This document shows positions 1-9,048 of a stretch of DNA of 55,338 bases, piece after piece (positions within the stretch are counted from its first letter, which is position 1; each line of letters opens with the position of its first letter). Both the position numbers and the translations under genes were made by a program. The stretch is from NCBI GenBank assembly GCA_020049295.1, contig JAIFLC010000024.1, forward strand, positions 1-55,338, written 5' to 3'. The notes beneath the pieces are model-generated. The model searched no databases. It was not told where the DNA came from and was given only the letters and a program-made list of their open reading frames with translations. Source of the stretch: Bacteroidota bacterium (GTDB lineage Bacteria; Bacteroidota; Bacteroidia; Bacteroidales; UBA12077).

Positions 1-2837
1 ATTACAAATGAAGGAATTAATTTATGAACTGCTGAGTACAATAACTTCCAATCCTTATTCTTTAAACTCTTTTGCATTGTGTTGATTAAAGGTGGAGTTT
101 GTTCCAGATAAAGCGAAATCATATCCATAATCAATTGATTATTAGATTTTGTATGTTTAATCAAATAATCCAAGTTAATACTTTTTTCTTTTTTACTTTC
201 TGCTTTACTTATGCTCTTTCTTTTTCCTTTAGCATCAGTAGATTTAATTTTCTGAGGGTTTTTAATTAATGCTATTATTTTACTGTATAGCAATCTTTCA
301 TCAACCGGCTTTGCAATGTAATCATTCATACCTACTGCTTTGCATTTAGCTAAATCCACGGTGGTTACATCAGCAGTTAAGGCAATTATAGGAATTTTAG
401 ATTTCATTTTATTTCGAATGTATTCAGTGGCTTCAAATCCATTCATCTCAGGCATTTGTAAGTCCATAAGTATAATATCGAACGAATTAATACTCATCTT
501 TTCGATAGCTATTTTACCATTAGCAGCAATTTCACATGCAAATCCAAAATCATCTAATAGTGTTTTCATAAGCAATTGATTAAGAGGAATATCTTCAACC
601 ACTAATACTTTTATGTTTTTAATTTTTATATCAAGTTCCTCTGTTCCTTGTTCTAATTCTTCATGTGCAGTTGTTTTCTGAAAACTTAATGTAAAACTAA
701 ACGTAGAACCCACATCAATTTTACTTTTTACGGTTATTGAACCTCCTTGTGCTTCAACTAAATGCTTAACAATAGCAAGACCTAGACCGGTTCCACCAAA
801 TAGCCTTGAAGTGCCACTAGTAGCCTGCTGAAAATTTTCAAAAATCGTTTCTTTTTTATCATCTGATATCCCTATTCCGGTATCACTAACTGCAAATTGA
901 ATTTTTACGCTCTTTTTATCTTCACTAAGAAGATGAACACTTACTATTATTTTACCTTTTGTTGAAAACTTAACCGCATTACTTACAAGGTTTATAATAA
1001 TTTGATGCAACCGAACAGGGTCTCCAACCAGTAAATTCGGAATATTTTTGTCGTATTCTTTAACTAATGTTAAATTTTTTTCCTGAATTTTTGTTTCGAA
1101 TAAATGAAGCAAAGCTGATATGGAAAGGTGCATTTTGAAAGGGATTTTTTCAAATGTCATTTTACCGGCATCTACTTTTGCCAAATCGAGTATATCGTTA
1201 ATGAGAACGATTAATGCATCGCCACTCATTTTTATTGCATCTAAGTATTCCTTTTGTTTTGCAGTTAAATCTGTTTTCAGCATTACCTTAGTAAAACCAA
1301 TAATTGCATTCATTGGTGTTCGGATTTCGTGGCTCATATTCGATAGAAATTGCTGTTTTGCTTTCACTGCAACTTCAGCAATGTGAGTAGATTTTTCAGC
1401 TTTAATTTTAGCCTCTTCTGCAAAAAATGTAGCCAACTCAGCAAATGTCTTTGCTTCAATCAATTCAGTTTCTATTCGTTTTTGTTCGGTAATATCACGA
1501 GCAACTACTACTGCTCCAAGTACATTGCCTTCATCGTCCTTATAAACCGATCCATTAAACAGAACATCAGTAAGATTAATGTCTTTAATTGTTAATGTAT
1601 AATCAGCCACAAACCCTTTTGCAAAGACTTCTTTATGGAATTTACGAGCTTTTTTAGGGTCGGTAAAATAATCGAAAAAATTAGTGTTAATAATTTTTTC
1701 ACGTGATAATCTTAATATGTTTACTGAAGCCTTATTCATATCAGTAATTCTTCCATCCAGGTTAATTGTAAACAATGGATCAAGACTGGCTTCAATAAGA
1801 CTTCGGGCGTAGTTTGCAATTCTTAATTCCACTGCTCGCTTTTCTTTTTCTCTGTTTTGGAATGCAAGTTCTTTATTGGCAATAATTAGCTCTGCTGCTC
1901 GTTTTTCTTTCTCATTGTTTTGGAAAGCAAGTTCTTTATTAGCTATAGCCAGCTCTACTGCTCGCTTTTCTTTCTCCACATTTTGAAACAGAAGTTCTTT
2001 GTTCGCAATGATAAGTTCTGCTGCTCGTTTTCCTTTCTCATTGTTTTGAAAAGCAAGCTCTTTATTGGCTATAATAAGTTCTGCAGCTCGTTTTTCTTTC
2101 TCAACATTTTGAAACAGAAGTTCTTTGTTCGCAATAATTAATTCTGCAGCTCGTTTTTCTTTTTCAGCGTTTTGAAAAGCAAGTTCTTTATTTGCTATAA
2201 TTAGCTCTGCAGCCCTTTTCTCTTTTTCATTATTCTGGAAGGCAAGTTCATTGTTTGCAATAATCAATTCTGCTGCCCTTTTTTCTTTCTCTAAGTTTTG
2301 AAAAGCGAGCTCGTTGTTAGCGATAACCAACTCTGCTGCGCGTTTTTCTTTCTCTCGATTTTGGAAAAGAAGCTCTTTATTGGCGATGCTTAACTCTGCT
2401 GCGCGCCTTTCTTTTTCTAAATTTTGAAAAGCAAGTTCTTTATTGGCTATACGTAACTCTATAGCCGATTTTTGCTCATCGATATCTTTTGCTACTATAA
2501 TTGCACCTATTTCAATCCCTTTATCATCTTTATAAACTGATCCATTGAATAGTATTTCAGTCAATTTACCAGCCTTTTGTCTAAGCATAAGAGTAGAATC
2601 AATTACAAATCCCTTAGCAAAAACTTCTTGATATACTCCAAGTGCTTTTCGGGGTTCTGAAAAACAATCAAAAAAATCAATTCCTATAAGTTCCTTGCGA
2701 GTTAATCCTGTAATTTTAGCCCATGCTTTATTAATATCCATGATTTTCCCTTCGGTACTTATTATCATCAGTGGATTAAGACTCGCTTCGATCAAACTTC
2801 TTGCATATTGAAATTCCTCTGCTCTTATTGTTCCCAT
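1..2837 (-). CDS. Cytoplasmic hybrid sensor histidine kinase, PAS-(21-aa repeat x10)-PAS-HisKA-HATPase-REC-Hpt; 3' end lies beyond the window edge
   Basis: Manual translation from ATG at 2837 (MGTIRAEEFQYARSLIEASLNPL...). H-box FLSNMSHEIRTPMNAIIGF (~1300-1350), G-boxes DTGIGI and GGTGLGL, receiver VEDIPLN...MDLQMP...KP, Hpt-like LYSAVHKLIPSF near position 1. Same frame at both ends. Absent from the ORF track, apparently because its stop is outside the window. Confidence 0.93.
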   Translation of the reverse strand, partial: MGTIRAEEFQYARSLIEASLNPLMIISTEGKIMDINKAWAKITGLTRKELIGIDFFDCFSEPRKALGVYQEVFAKGFVIDSTLMLRQKAGKLTEILFNGSVYKDDKGIEIGAIIVAKDIDEQKSAIELRIANKELAFQNLEKERRAAELSIANKELLFQNREKEKRAAELVIANNELAFQNLEKEKRAAELIIANNELAFQNNEKEKRAAELIIANKELAFQNAEKEKRAAELIIANKELLFQNVEKEKRAAELIIANKELAFQNNEKGKRAAELIIANKELLFQNVEKEKRAVELAIANKELAFQNNEKEKRAAELIIANKELAFQNREKEKRAVELRIANYARSLIEASLDPLFTINLDGRITDMNKASVNILRLSREKIINTNFFDYFTDPKKARKFHKEVFAKGFVADYTLTIKDINLTDVLFNGSVYKDDEGNVLGAVVVARDITEQKRIETELIEAKTFAELATFFAEEAKIKAEKSTHIAEVAVKAKQQFLSNMSHEIRTPMNAIIGFTKVMLKTDLTAKQKEYLDAIKMSGDALIVLINDILDLAKVDAGKMTFEKIPFKMHLSISALLHLFETKIQEKNLTLVKEYDKNIPNLLVGDPVRLHQIIINLVSNAVKFSTKGKIIVSVHLLSEDKKSVKIQFAVSDTGIGISDDKKETIFENFQQATSGTSRLFGGTGLGLAIVKHLVEAQGGSITVKSKIDVGSTFSFTLSFQKTTAHEELEQGTEELDIKIKNIKVLVVEDIPLNQLLMKTLLDDFGFACEIAANGKIAIEKMSINSFDIILMDLQMPEMNGFEATEYIRNKMKSKIPIIALTADVTTVDLAKCKAVGMNDYIAKPVDERLLYSKIIALIKNPQKIKSTDAKGKRKSISKAESKKEKSINLDYLIKHTKSNNQLIMDMISLYLEQTPPLINTMQKSLKNKDWKLLYSAVHKLIPSFV
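1812..2459 (-). repeat. In-frame 63-bp tandem repeat, 10 full copies plus a 6-aa partial, consensus ELxIANKELAFQNxEKEKRAA
   Basis: Read codon by codon; full units span 1830-2459 and the partial ELRIAN spans 1812-1829. Confidence 0.97.
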
Positions 2838-2901
2838 CTTTTCCTTTTAATGCACCTTAGGTTAAATTACTTTTAATTAAAACTATAATAATCTGACGAA
2901 C

Positions 2902-3474
2902 TTAAATTGGATTACCAATATCTTCAATCGGTGTTCGTTGTTTGTCCTTCAAATTTTTAAAATGAGAGGGAGTAAGTCCTGTTTCTTTTTTAAATTGATT
3001 TGATAAATGTGCAACACTACTGTAATTCATTTTATATGCAATTTCAGTAATACTTAGTTCATCATAAATAATTAATTCTTTTATACGTTCAATCTTATGA
3101 GAAATAATGAATTGAGCAATAGTCATTCCTTGTACTTCTGAAAACAAATTAGATAAATACGTATAATCGTAATTCAGTTTTTCACTAATATGGACAGAAA
3201 ACTTCTTTTTAATTATCTCACCGGGATAATGAACCATCTCAATTACTGTATTTTTGATTTTTCCAATCAATACAGCTTTTTTGTCGTCCATCAATTCGAT
3301 ACCTGATTCGGATAAAGCTTTTTTAAGCTGTTCTCGTTGTGCCATAGAAATATCTTCCATGATCTCAACTTCGCCTAAATCAACAACAACAAAATGCAAA
3401 CCGAGTTTTCTCAACTCGGTTTTTACCGCTATTTTACAACGGTTACTCACCATGTATTTGAAAAATAATTTCAA
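2902..3474 (-). CDS. AraC-family transcriptional regulator with short N-terminal domain
   Basis: C-terminal double HTH (YTYLSNLFSE...ELSITEIAYKMNYSSVAHLSNQFKKETGLTPSHF); TTG start; N-terminal MVSNRC. Confidence 0.92.
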   Translation of the reverse strand: MKLFFKYMVSNRCKIAVKTELRKLGLHFVVVDLGEVEIMEDISMAQREQLKKALSESGIELMDDKKAVLIGKIKNTVIEMVHYPGEIIKKKFSVHISEKLNYDYTYLSNLFSEVQGMTIAQFIISHKIERIKELIIYDELSITEIAYKMNYSSVAHLSNQFKKETGLTPSHFKNLKDKQRTPIEDIGNPI

Positions 3475-3502
3475 AATAGTTCTAATTTAGATTAAGATGA
3501 GG

Positions 3503-3567
3503 TGAAGGTATATGAAACATGGAAGGATAATATTACACAAAACAATGAATTACTTATATAATTCACA
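3503..3567 (-). promoter_or_regulatory. Putative operator/promoter upstream of the AraC gene (TGTGAA plus two 21-bp-spaced half-sites plus degenerate -7 box)
   Basis: + strand: tgaaggta 3503-3510, ttacacaa 3533-3540, ttatataa 3554-3561, ttcaca 3562-3567; same spacing as 6716-6780. Confidence 0.65.
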
Positions 3568-3636
3568 GGTTTTTATGCTCCAATAAAAAATCAGGGAGTA
3601 AAATTGTTTTATGTCAGTATCAACTCTTTTTAAGAG

Positions 3637-6291
3637 TTACTTTTTTAAACGTGCTCGGATAAATATTTTGATAATCTCATTAAACAATAGTGGAACTAAA
3701 CCTAATGAAATGGCAATTATCCAACCACCAAGATCAAGCATTTGCAAATGAAACGCTCTTTGCATTACCGGAATTCCAATTACGATTAATTGAAGAAGTA
3801 CACCCAACAAAATGGCTCCAATTAGGTATTTATTAGAGAATACCCCGATCTGAAAAACTGATTTTGAACTGTTTCTAACCGCTAAAGAGAAGAATAACTG
3901 ACACATAACCAATGTCATAAAAGCCATTGTGCGGGCATATTCTACTGTATTTGTCGGAGCTGAATGATCAAAAGGGCTGTATCCATGTTCATAATATCCA
4001 AACCAGAAAGCTACGATTGTTAATGCTCCGATTAAGAAACCACCCAGAATAATATGAAGGCCAGCGCCTCCTGCAAAGAAACTCTCTTTTGAGTTACGTG
4101 GTTTTTCTTTCATAACTTCGGGGTTTCCGGGATCCATTCCTAATGCAATTGCAGGAAAAGAATCGGTTAGGAGATTAATCCACAGAAGCTGAGTTGCAAT
4201 TAATGGTGCTTCTAAACCAATAAGTAATGTAATAAACAGAGTAATCACTTCGCCCAAATTACAAGTAAGGAGAAAAATGACCGATTTTTTAATGTTGTTG
4301 TAAATATTTCTGCCTTGTTCTATTGCAGAAACAATAGTTGCAAAATTGTCATCCATAAGAATCATATCCGAGGCTCCTTTTGCAACATCGGTACCGGTAA
4401 TTCCCATTGCCACGCCAATATCGGCAGCATTTAGAGATGGCGCATCGTTAACTCCATCACCGGTCATGGATACAATATGTCCATGAGACTTTAACGCATG
4501 AACAATTTTTACTTTATGCTCAGGAGAAACACGAGCAAATACACGATATCCTTCAATTTTTTCAATAAATTCTTCTTCTGACAAATCATCCATTTCCTGA
4601 CCTGTAATTGCCTGATCAATGGTTTTAGCTATTCCTAATTCAAAAGCAATAGCAAATGCTGTATTTTTATGGTCGCCTGTAATCATTATAGATGTAATTC
4701 CGGCGTTTTTGGCTAATTCGATAGACGCCTTTACTTCTGGACGAGGAGGGTCAATCATTCCCACAAAGCCTGCAAAGATAAGGTCTTTCTCCATTTCAGA
4801 AGTTTCAACAACAGCGTTTACTGGTTTATAGGCAACACCAAGTGTACGAAGCGCTTTGTTCGACATATTTTCTTCAGCCTTTAAGTATTGCTTTTTGTGT
4901 GCTTCAGTAATCGGAACTACTTTACCCTTTTCTAAAACATGAGTTGAAATTTTGATTAGATTGGCAATTGCTCCTTTCGTATAAACGGTAAGCTTTCCAT
5001 CTTCTTCGTTAAGTGTTGACATTAATTTTCGATCCGAATCGAAAGAAAACTCACCAACACGTTTATTCCCTGCATTAATTTTCTTTCTGTCAATTTCCAA
5101 ATCATCTCCAAAAAGTAACAGTGCAATTTCTGTTGGGTCGCCTGTGCCGTTTCCATTTTCGTAGGTTGCATCGGAACAAAGCACCATGGCTTTAGCAAGT
5201 AATTTTGCATCTTCTGTAGCGCTATTATTCTTATTCCGCTCAACAGTTATTTCACCATCCAGATTGAAATAGGCCTCAACAGTCATCTTATTTTGAGTTA
5301 ATGTACCTGTTTTATCAGAGCAGATAATATTTACAGATCCTAATGTTTCAACCGCGGGTAATTTCTTTATGATCGCTTTTTTCTTCGACATGTTTGTAAC
5401 ACCAATAGAAAGGACAACGGCTACAATGGCTGCAAGTCCTTCTGGTATAGCTGCTACAGCTAAAGAAACTGACAAAATAAACATTTCGGCCAAATCACGA
5501 CCTTGAAGTAAGGCAATAATAAAAATAACAACACATATTCCGATGGCAAACTTACCAAGTGTTTTTCCTAGCTGATCTAAACGAATTTCAAGAGGAGTTT
5601 TTGCCTTTTTTTCGGTGTTTATGAGATTTGCAATTTTACCAACTTCGGTATTCATACCCGTTTCAACCACAACTCCAACTCCTCTTCCACTGGTTACTAA
5701 AGTTGACATATAAGCAATGTTTGCCCGATCTCCCAGTGGTGTTTTAAGATCGCTAATAAGAAGTGATGCATCTTTATCGGCAGGTACAGATTCACCTGTA
5801 AGTGCAGATTCTTCGATCTGAAGATTTGCCGATTCAATTAAACGAATATCAGCAGCAATAAACCTTCCGGCATCAAGAATTAAAATATCACCCAGTACAA
5901 TTTCATGAGAATTCACTTCTTTAACTTCATTGTTTCTTCGTACAAGTGCTTTCGGAAACGACATTTTCTGGAGTGCATCAATTGCTTTGCCTGCCTTAAC
6001 TTCCTGAATTACTCCTAGTACAGCATTTGTAATTATAACAAGTATAATGATTATTGCATCAATATACTCACCCATAACCAGAGTAATAACTACAGCCACA
6101 AATAGGATATATATAAGCCATTCCTGAAGTTGAGCAACAAACAATTGGAGAATATTCTTCTTCTTTTTTCCTAGCAACTTGTTTGCACCATATAATGCTA
6201 ATCTGGCTTTTGCATCTTCTTCTGAAAGACCAGACTCCGGGTTAACATTAATTTCTTTTAGGACTTCTTCTTTTGATTTAGAAAACCACAT
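3637..6291 (-). CDS. Cation-translocating P-type ATPase, P2A / Ca2+-ATPase-like
   Basis: TGES, IPEGL, DKTGTLT, TGD, TGDGVNDAP and LWINLLTD motifs. Confidence 0.95.
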   Translation of the reverse strand: MWFSKSKEEVLKEINVNPESGLSEEDAKARLALYGANKLLGKKKKNILQLFVAQLQEWLIYILFVAVVITLVMGEYIDAIIIILVIITNAVLGVIQEVKAGKAIDALQKMSFPKALVRRNNEVKEVNSHEIVLGDILILDAGRFIAADIRLIESANLQIEESALTGESVPADKDASLLISDLKTPLGDRANIAYMSTLVTSGRGVGVVVETGMNTEVGKIANLINTEKKAKTPLEIRLDQLGKTLGKFAIGICVVIFIIALLQGRDLAEMFILSVSLAVAAIPEGLAAIVAVVLSIGVTNMSKKKAIIKKLPAVETLGSVNIICSDKTGTLTQNKMTVEAYFNLDGEITVERNKNNSATEDAKLLAKAMVLCSDATYENGNGTGDPTEIALLLFGDDLEIDRKKINAGNKRVGEFSFDSDRKLMSTLNEEDGKLTVYTKGAIANLIKISTHVLEKGKVVPITEAHKKQYLKAEENMSNKALRTLGVAYKPVNAVVETSEMEKDLIFAGFVGMIDPPRPEVKASIELAKNAGITSIMITGDHKNTAFAIAFELGIAKTIDQAITGQEMDDLSEEEFIEKIEGYRVFARVSPEHKVKIVHALKSHGHIVSMTGDGVNDAPSLNAADIGVAMGITGTDVAKGASDMILMDDNFATIVSAIEQGRNIYNNIKKSVIFLLTCNLGEVITLFITLLIGLEAPLIATQLLWINLLTDSFPAIALGMDPGNPEVMKEKPRNSKESFFAGGAGLHIILGGFLIGALTIVAFWFGYYEHGYSPFDHSAPTNTVEYARTMAFMTLVMCQLFFSLAVRNSSKSVFQIGVFSNKYLIGAILLGVLLQLIVIGIPVMQRAFHLQMLDLGGWIIAISLGLVPLLFNEIIKIFIRARLKK

Positions 6292-6295
6292 CTTA

Positions 6296-6303
6296 CAAAG
6301 TTA
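6296..6303 (-). promoter_or_regulatory. Bacteroidota -7 promoter box TAACTTTG, 4 nt upstream of the ATPase ATG
   Basis: caaagtta on + strand matches the TAnnTTTG consensus. Confidence 0.6.
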
Positions 6304-6506
6304 AATATTTTACATCAATATTAATTGAAATATAAAATACCGTTTGTGCTTACACAATTATCAATATAGGCTGCACCTCATTGTATTGCATTTACGCTAA
6401 AACGGTATTAAGCAAATGATTTACCCAATTAAAAACTAACTTTCAATCGATGGTTAGAAATCAATATAGGATTTTTAGAAATGTAATCCTTTAATTTTCA
6501 TTAAGT

Positions 6507-6692
6507 CTACACATGTAAATCCTTAAGATAGCTTAAAACCCCAAATATTTTTAGTAGCCATACGATTACAACAATCACAACAACAACATTTAAGATTTTT
6601 TTTATTTTCCCATCCATTGGAATGTAATTATTAACAAGCCATAGAAGAACACCTGCAATAATCAGTACAATTAAAATAGTTAATAGTGGCAT
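6507..6692 (-). CDS. Small two-TM membrane protein (Thivi_2564-like family)
   Basis: 61 aa; two hydrophobic helices joined by NNYIPMDGKIKKILN; family recognised from memory. Confidence 0.82.
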   Translation of the reverse strand: MPLLTILIVLIIAGVLLWLVNNYIPMDGKIKKILNVVVVIVVIVWLLKIFGVLSYLKDLHV

Positions 6693-6715
6693 AATAATTT
6701 AGTTTTAGTTTGCAA

Positions 6716-6780
6716 CAAAAGTAATTCGCCCAAGTATTTTATATGTTGCATAACTTTTGAAAAGAATTACATTATTCACA
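6716..6780 (-). promoter_or_regulatory. Putative operator/promoter upstream of the small membrane protein (second copy of the motif)
   Basis: + strand: caaaagta 6716-6723 (TACTTTTG on -), ttgcataa 6746-6753, ttacatta 6767-6774, ttcaca 6775-6780. Confidence 0.68.
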
Positions 6781-7012
6781 CGTTTTCTTTTCATTGATGT
6801 GATTTCTGGAATAAATCAAGCAACTAATTTTTCATATAATTCATTAATCATTGTGAATCATTATTTCTGGATTTAGCCTGTGATATTTAATAATTGTTTA
6901 TATTGCCGCTTTGAACTTTAGATTTGTGAAGTGAATTGAAACAAATGTACACTCGATAAATTGAAGAGTTTTAACAATTTATTAAAATATTACTTAAAAT
7001 TTAAGTGAATTT

Positions 7013-7765
7013 ATGGAAGAAAGGTTTTCAGAAACTCAAACGGTACAGGAAGAACAATATCGTTTCCCACACCATTATGTACCCCAATTTAAAGGAGGTT
7101 TTTCAACTTCGGTTTATTCAGGTTTTGGAATCAATTATGTAAGTACTATTGAATTTCTTTTTTCCAAACTCGATAAAATAGAATTTAATTCTTTAGCTGA
7201 TATTGGCGCTGGTGATGGACGATTAGTAAAGGAAATTACAGAACAATACCCTACTAAAAAGGTAACCGGTATAGATTATTCACAAAGGGCAATTAATATG
7301 GCCAAGGGATTAAACCCTACACATGATTTTATTATGGCTGATATCATCAATGATAACATACTGAATAAATTTGATGTATTAACCCTTATTGAAGTTTTTG
7401 AACATATCCCAATAGAAATATGCGATGACTTTGTGAATGCCTTACACGAATTATTAAATAGTAATGGATTATTATTACTTACAGTGCCTCATGTAAACAA
7501 ACCCGTTTCAAAAAAACATTATCAACATTTTTCATCTACAAGCCTAAAAGAATATTTTGAGAAAAAGTTTTTTGTTGAAGAAGAAATCTTTTTTGAAGTA
7601 AAAAACTGGCGATTGTTTTTCATCAGGAAATTATTAAAAAACAAACTCTTTCTTTTAAATAACCAGTGGATGCTCAATTGCTTGTACAAATCATATAAAA
7701 AGCATTGCTTTTATGCGGTTGAAAAAAACTGTGGAAGAATATTCTTAAAGCTTAGAAAAAAATAA
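7013..7765 (+). CDS. Class I SAM-dependent methyltransferase
   Basis: Motif I LADIGAGDG, GIDYS, FDVLTLIEVFEH, GLLLLTVP. Confidence 0.9.
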   Translation: MEERFSETQTVQEEQYRFPHHYVPQFKGGFSTSVYSGFGINYVSTIEFLFSKLDKIEFNSLADIGAGDGRLVKEITEQYPTKKVTGIDYSQRAINMAKGLNPTHDFIMADIINDNILNKFDVLTLIEVFEHIPIEICDDFVNALHELLNSNGLLLLTVPHVNKPVSKKHYQHFSSTSLKEYFEKKFFVEEEIFFEVKNWRLFFIRKLLKNKLFLLNNQWMLNCLYKSYKKHCFYAVEKNCGRIFLKLRKK

Positions 7766-7913
7766 ACACTTAAACTTAGACTGAATCAAAAATAGATAAG
7801 AATTCATCTGAATTGTTACATATTATTTATATTAAATCCACAACTTTTTAAAAGGGAATAATTCTACTTTAAAAATCCTCATAACTACCAATTTAGGTAG
7901 CATTCCACCTAAA

Positions 7914-8936
7914 CTAGGGTTCATACCTCGATTCGGATAATATTTTTTGATATTCATTATTATTCATTAGCTGCTCCAGATTGACTTTGGGGTTTCGATC
8001 CATATATTTCTTAACAATTTTATATCCTAGCCAAACCACAGCTCTTCCGGGCGATTCACGCGGAAAACCAGAAGTAAATGGTGCCGGGTTTATATACTTA
8101 TTAATTGTCATATAATCAGTCGAGAAAATCAGTTTCTGATCAATAAGGCTGTTCCACATATGCTTTTCGTTGGCCATACACCAGCCAATTTGCGAAGTAG
8201 TCATTCCAAATTTAAGTGTATCATGCGCATCAGAAAAAACAGCATCAAGAAAATATTGTATCTTACCTTGATAAATCATATTATTTACAAGATTATCAAC
8301 CGAATCGTTATAAACAAATTCAGTTAAAGCCCATGCTTTTAACGCATCGGTGGGAATTTTAGCGGGATGCATATTTAGCCTTAAATAATTAGCTGTTTCG
8401 AGACGCTGATAAAACTCACAATCTGTTCCAAAATACTTATCTAAACCAATGGCCAAAATGCTATCAGCAACTACTATCGACTGGTTAAAGCCTCCAATAA
8501 ACGTATAAACGGCTGGTATTTTATGATTAGGAAAATGATAATTATAATACATAAACGCACGATTAATTTCAGACTCCAATTGGTCTATATCAGGAAAAAC
8601 CAATTTTGTTTGTTCGTAGATACTATTAATAGTATAATCAGTTAAAAAAACCAGTAAATTATCAGAATAAGCAGGACTGTTTGGTGATCCAAGAGATATA
8701 ACCCTCTGATTATATAAAACAAAGAAATCACCGTACTTTTCCTTAAGCTGAGTAATTGAATTATCAGCATTGTCGAAATCAATTTCAAATAAATCTTTGT
8801 CGAGTCTTTTAATTTCTATGTTTACAATGGAATCGGAAATATCAACTTTAAATTTATCTTTCTTACTGCATGCTGTAAACAGAAGAATTATGCTTAAAAA
8901 ATATAGAAATAAATTATTCTTCATAACTCGGTTCAA
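7914..8936 (-). CDS. gldB: Gliding motility lipoprotein GldB-like
   Basis: Lipobox FTAC; IGLDKYFG, MIYQGK, SPGRAVVWLGYKIV motifs; adjacent to nadE. True start may be the second Met. Confidence 0.82.
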   Translation of the reverse strand: MNRVMKNNLFLYFLSIILLFTACSKKDKFKVDISDSIVNIEIKRLDKDLFEIDFDNADNSITQLKEKYGDFFVLYNQRVISLGSPNSPAYSDNLLVFLTDYTINSIYEQTKLVFPDIDQLESEINRAFMYYNYHFPNHKIPAVYTFIGGFNQSIVVADSILAIGLDKYFGTDCEFYQRLETANYLRLNMHPAKIPTDALKAWALTEFVYNDSVDNLVNNMIYQGKIQYFLDAVFSDAHDTLKFGMTTSQIGWCMANEKHMWNSLIDQKLIFSTDYMTINKYINPAPFTSGFPRESPGRAVVWLGYKIVKKYMDRNPKVNLEQLMNNNEYQKILSESRYEP

Positions 8937-9048
8937 TTTTAAACTAAAATAAAATGGTTTTAATTTTGCTCACAATCACTAAATATCTATACAATTACTA
9001 TGATTTTTTAATTATTTTTGTAATAACTAAATATTGAGGCCTAAAAGT

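Noticed and set aside
340-2141. Four + strand ORFs (340, 1120, 1350, 1920)
   Set aside because: Antisense shadows of the histidine kinase; the periodic Cys/Phe pattern is the reverse reading of the 63-bp repeat.
1830-2459. 63-bp repeat as a CRISPR array
   Set aside because: No unique spacers, variation is mostly synonymous, it is in frame in a CDS, and no cas genes are present.
6304-6506. yybP-ykoY, M-box or fluoride riboswitch upstream of the P-type ATPase
   Set aside because: No recognisable consensus, and a promoter box sits downstream of the structure.
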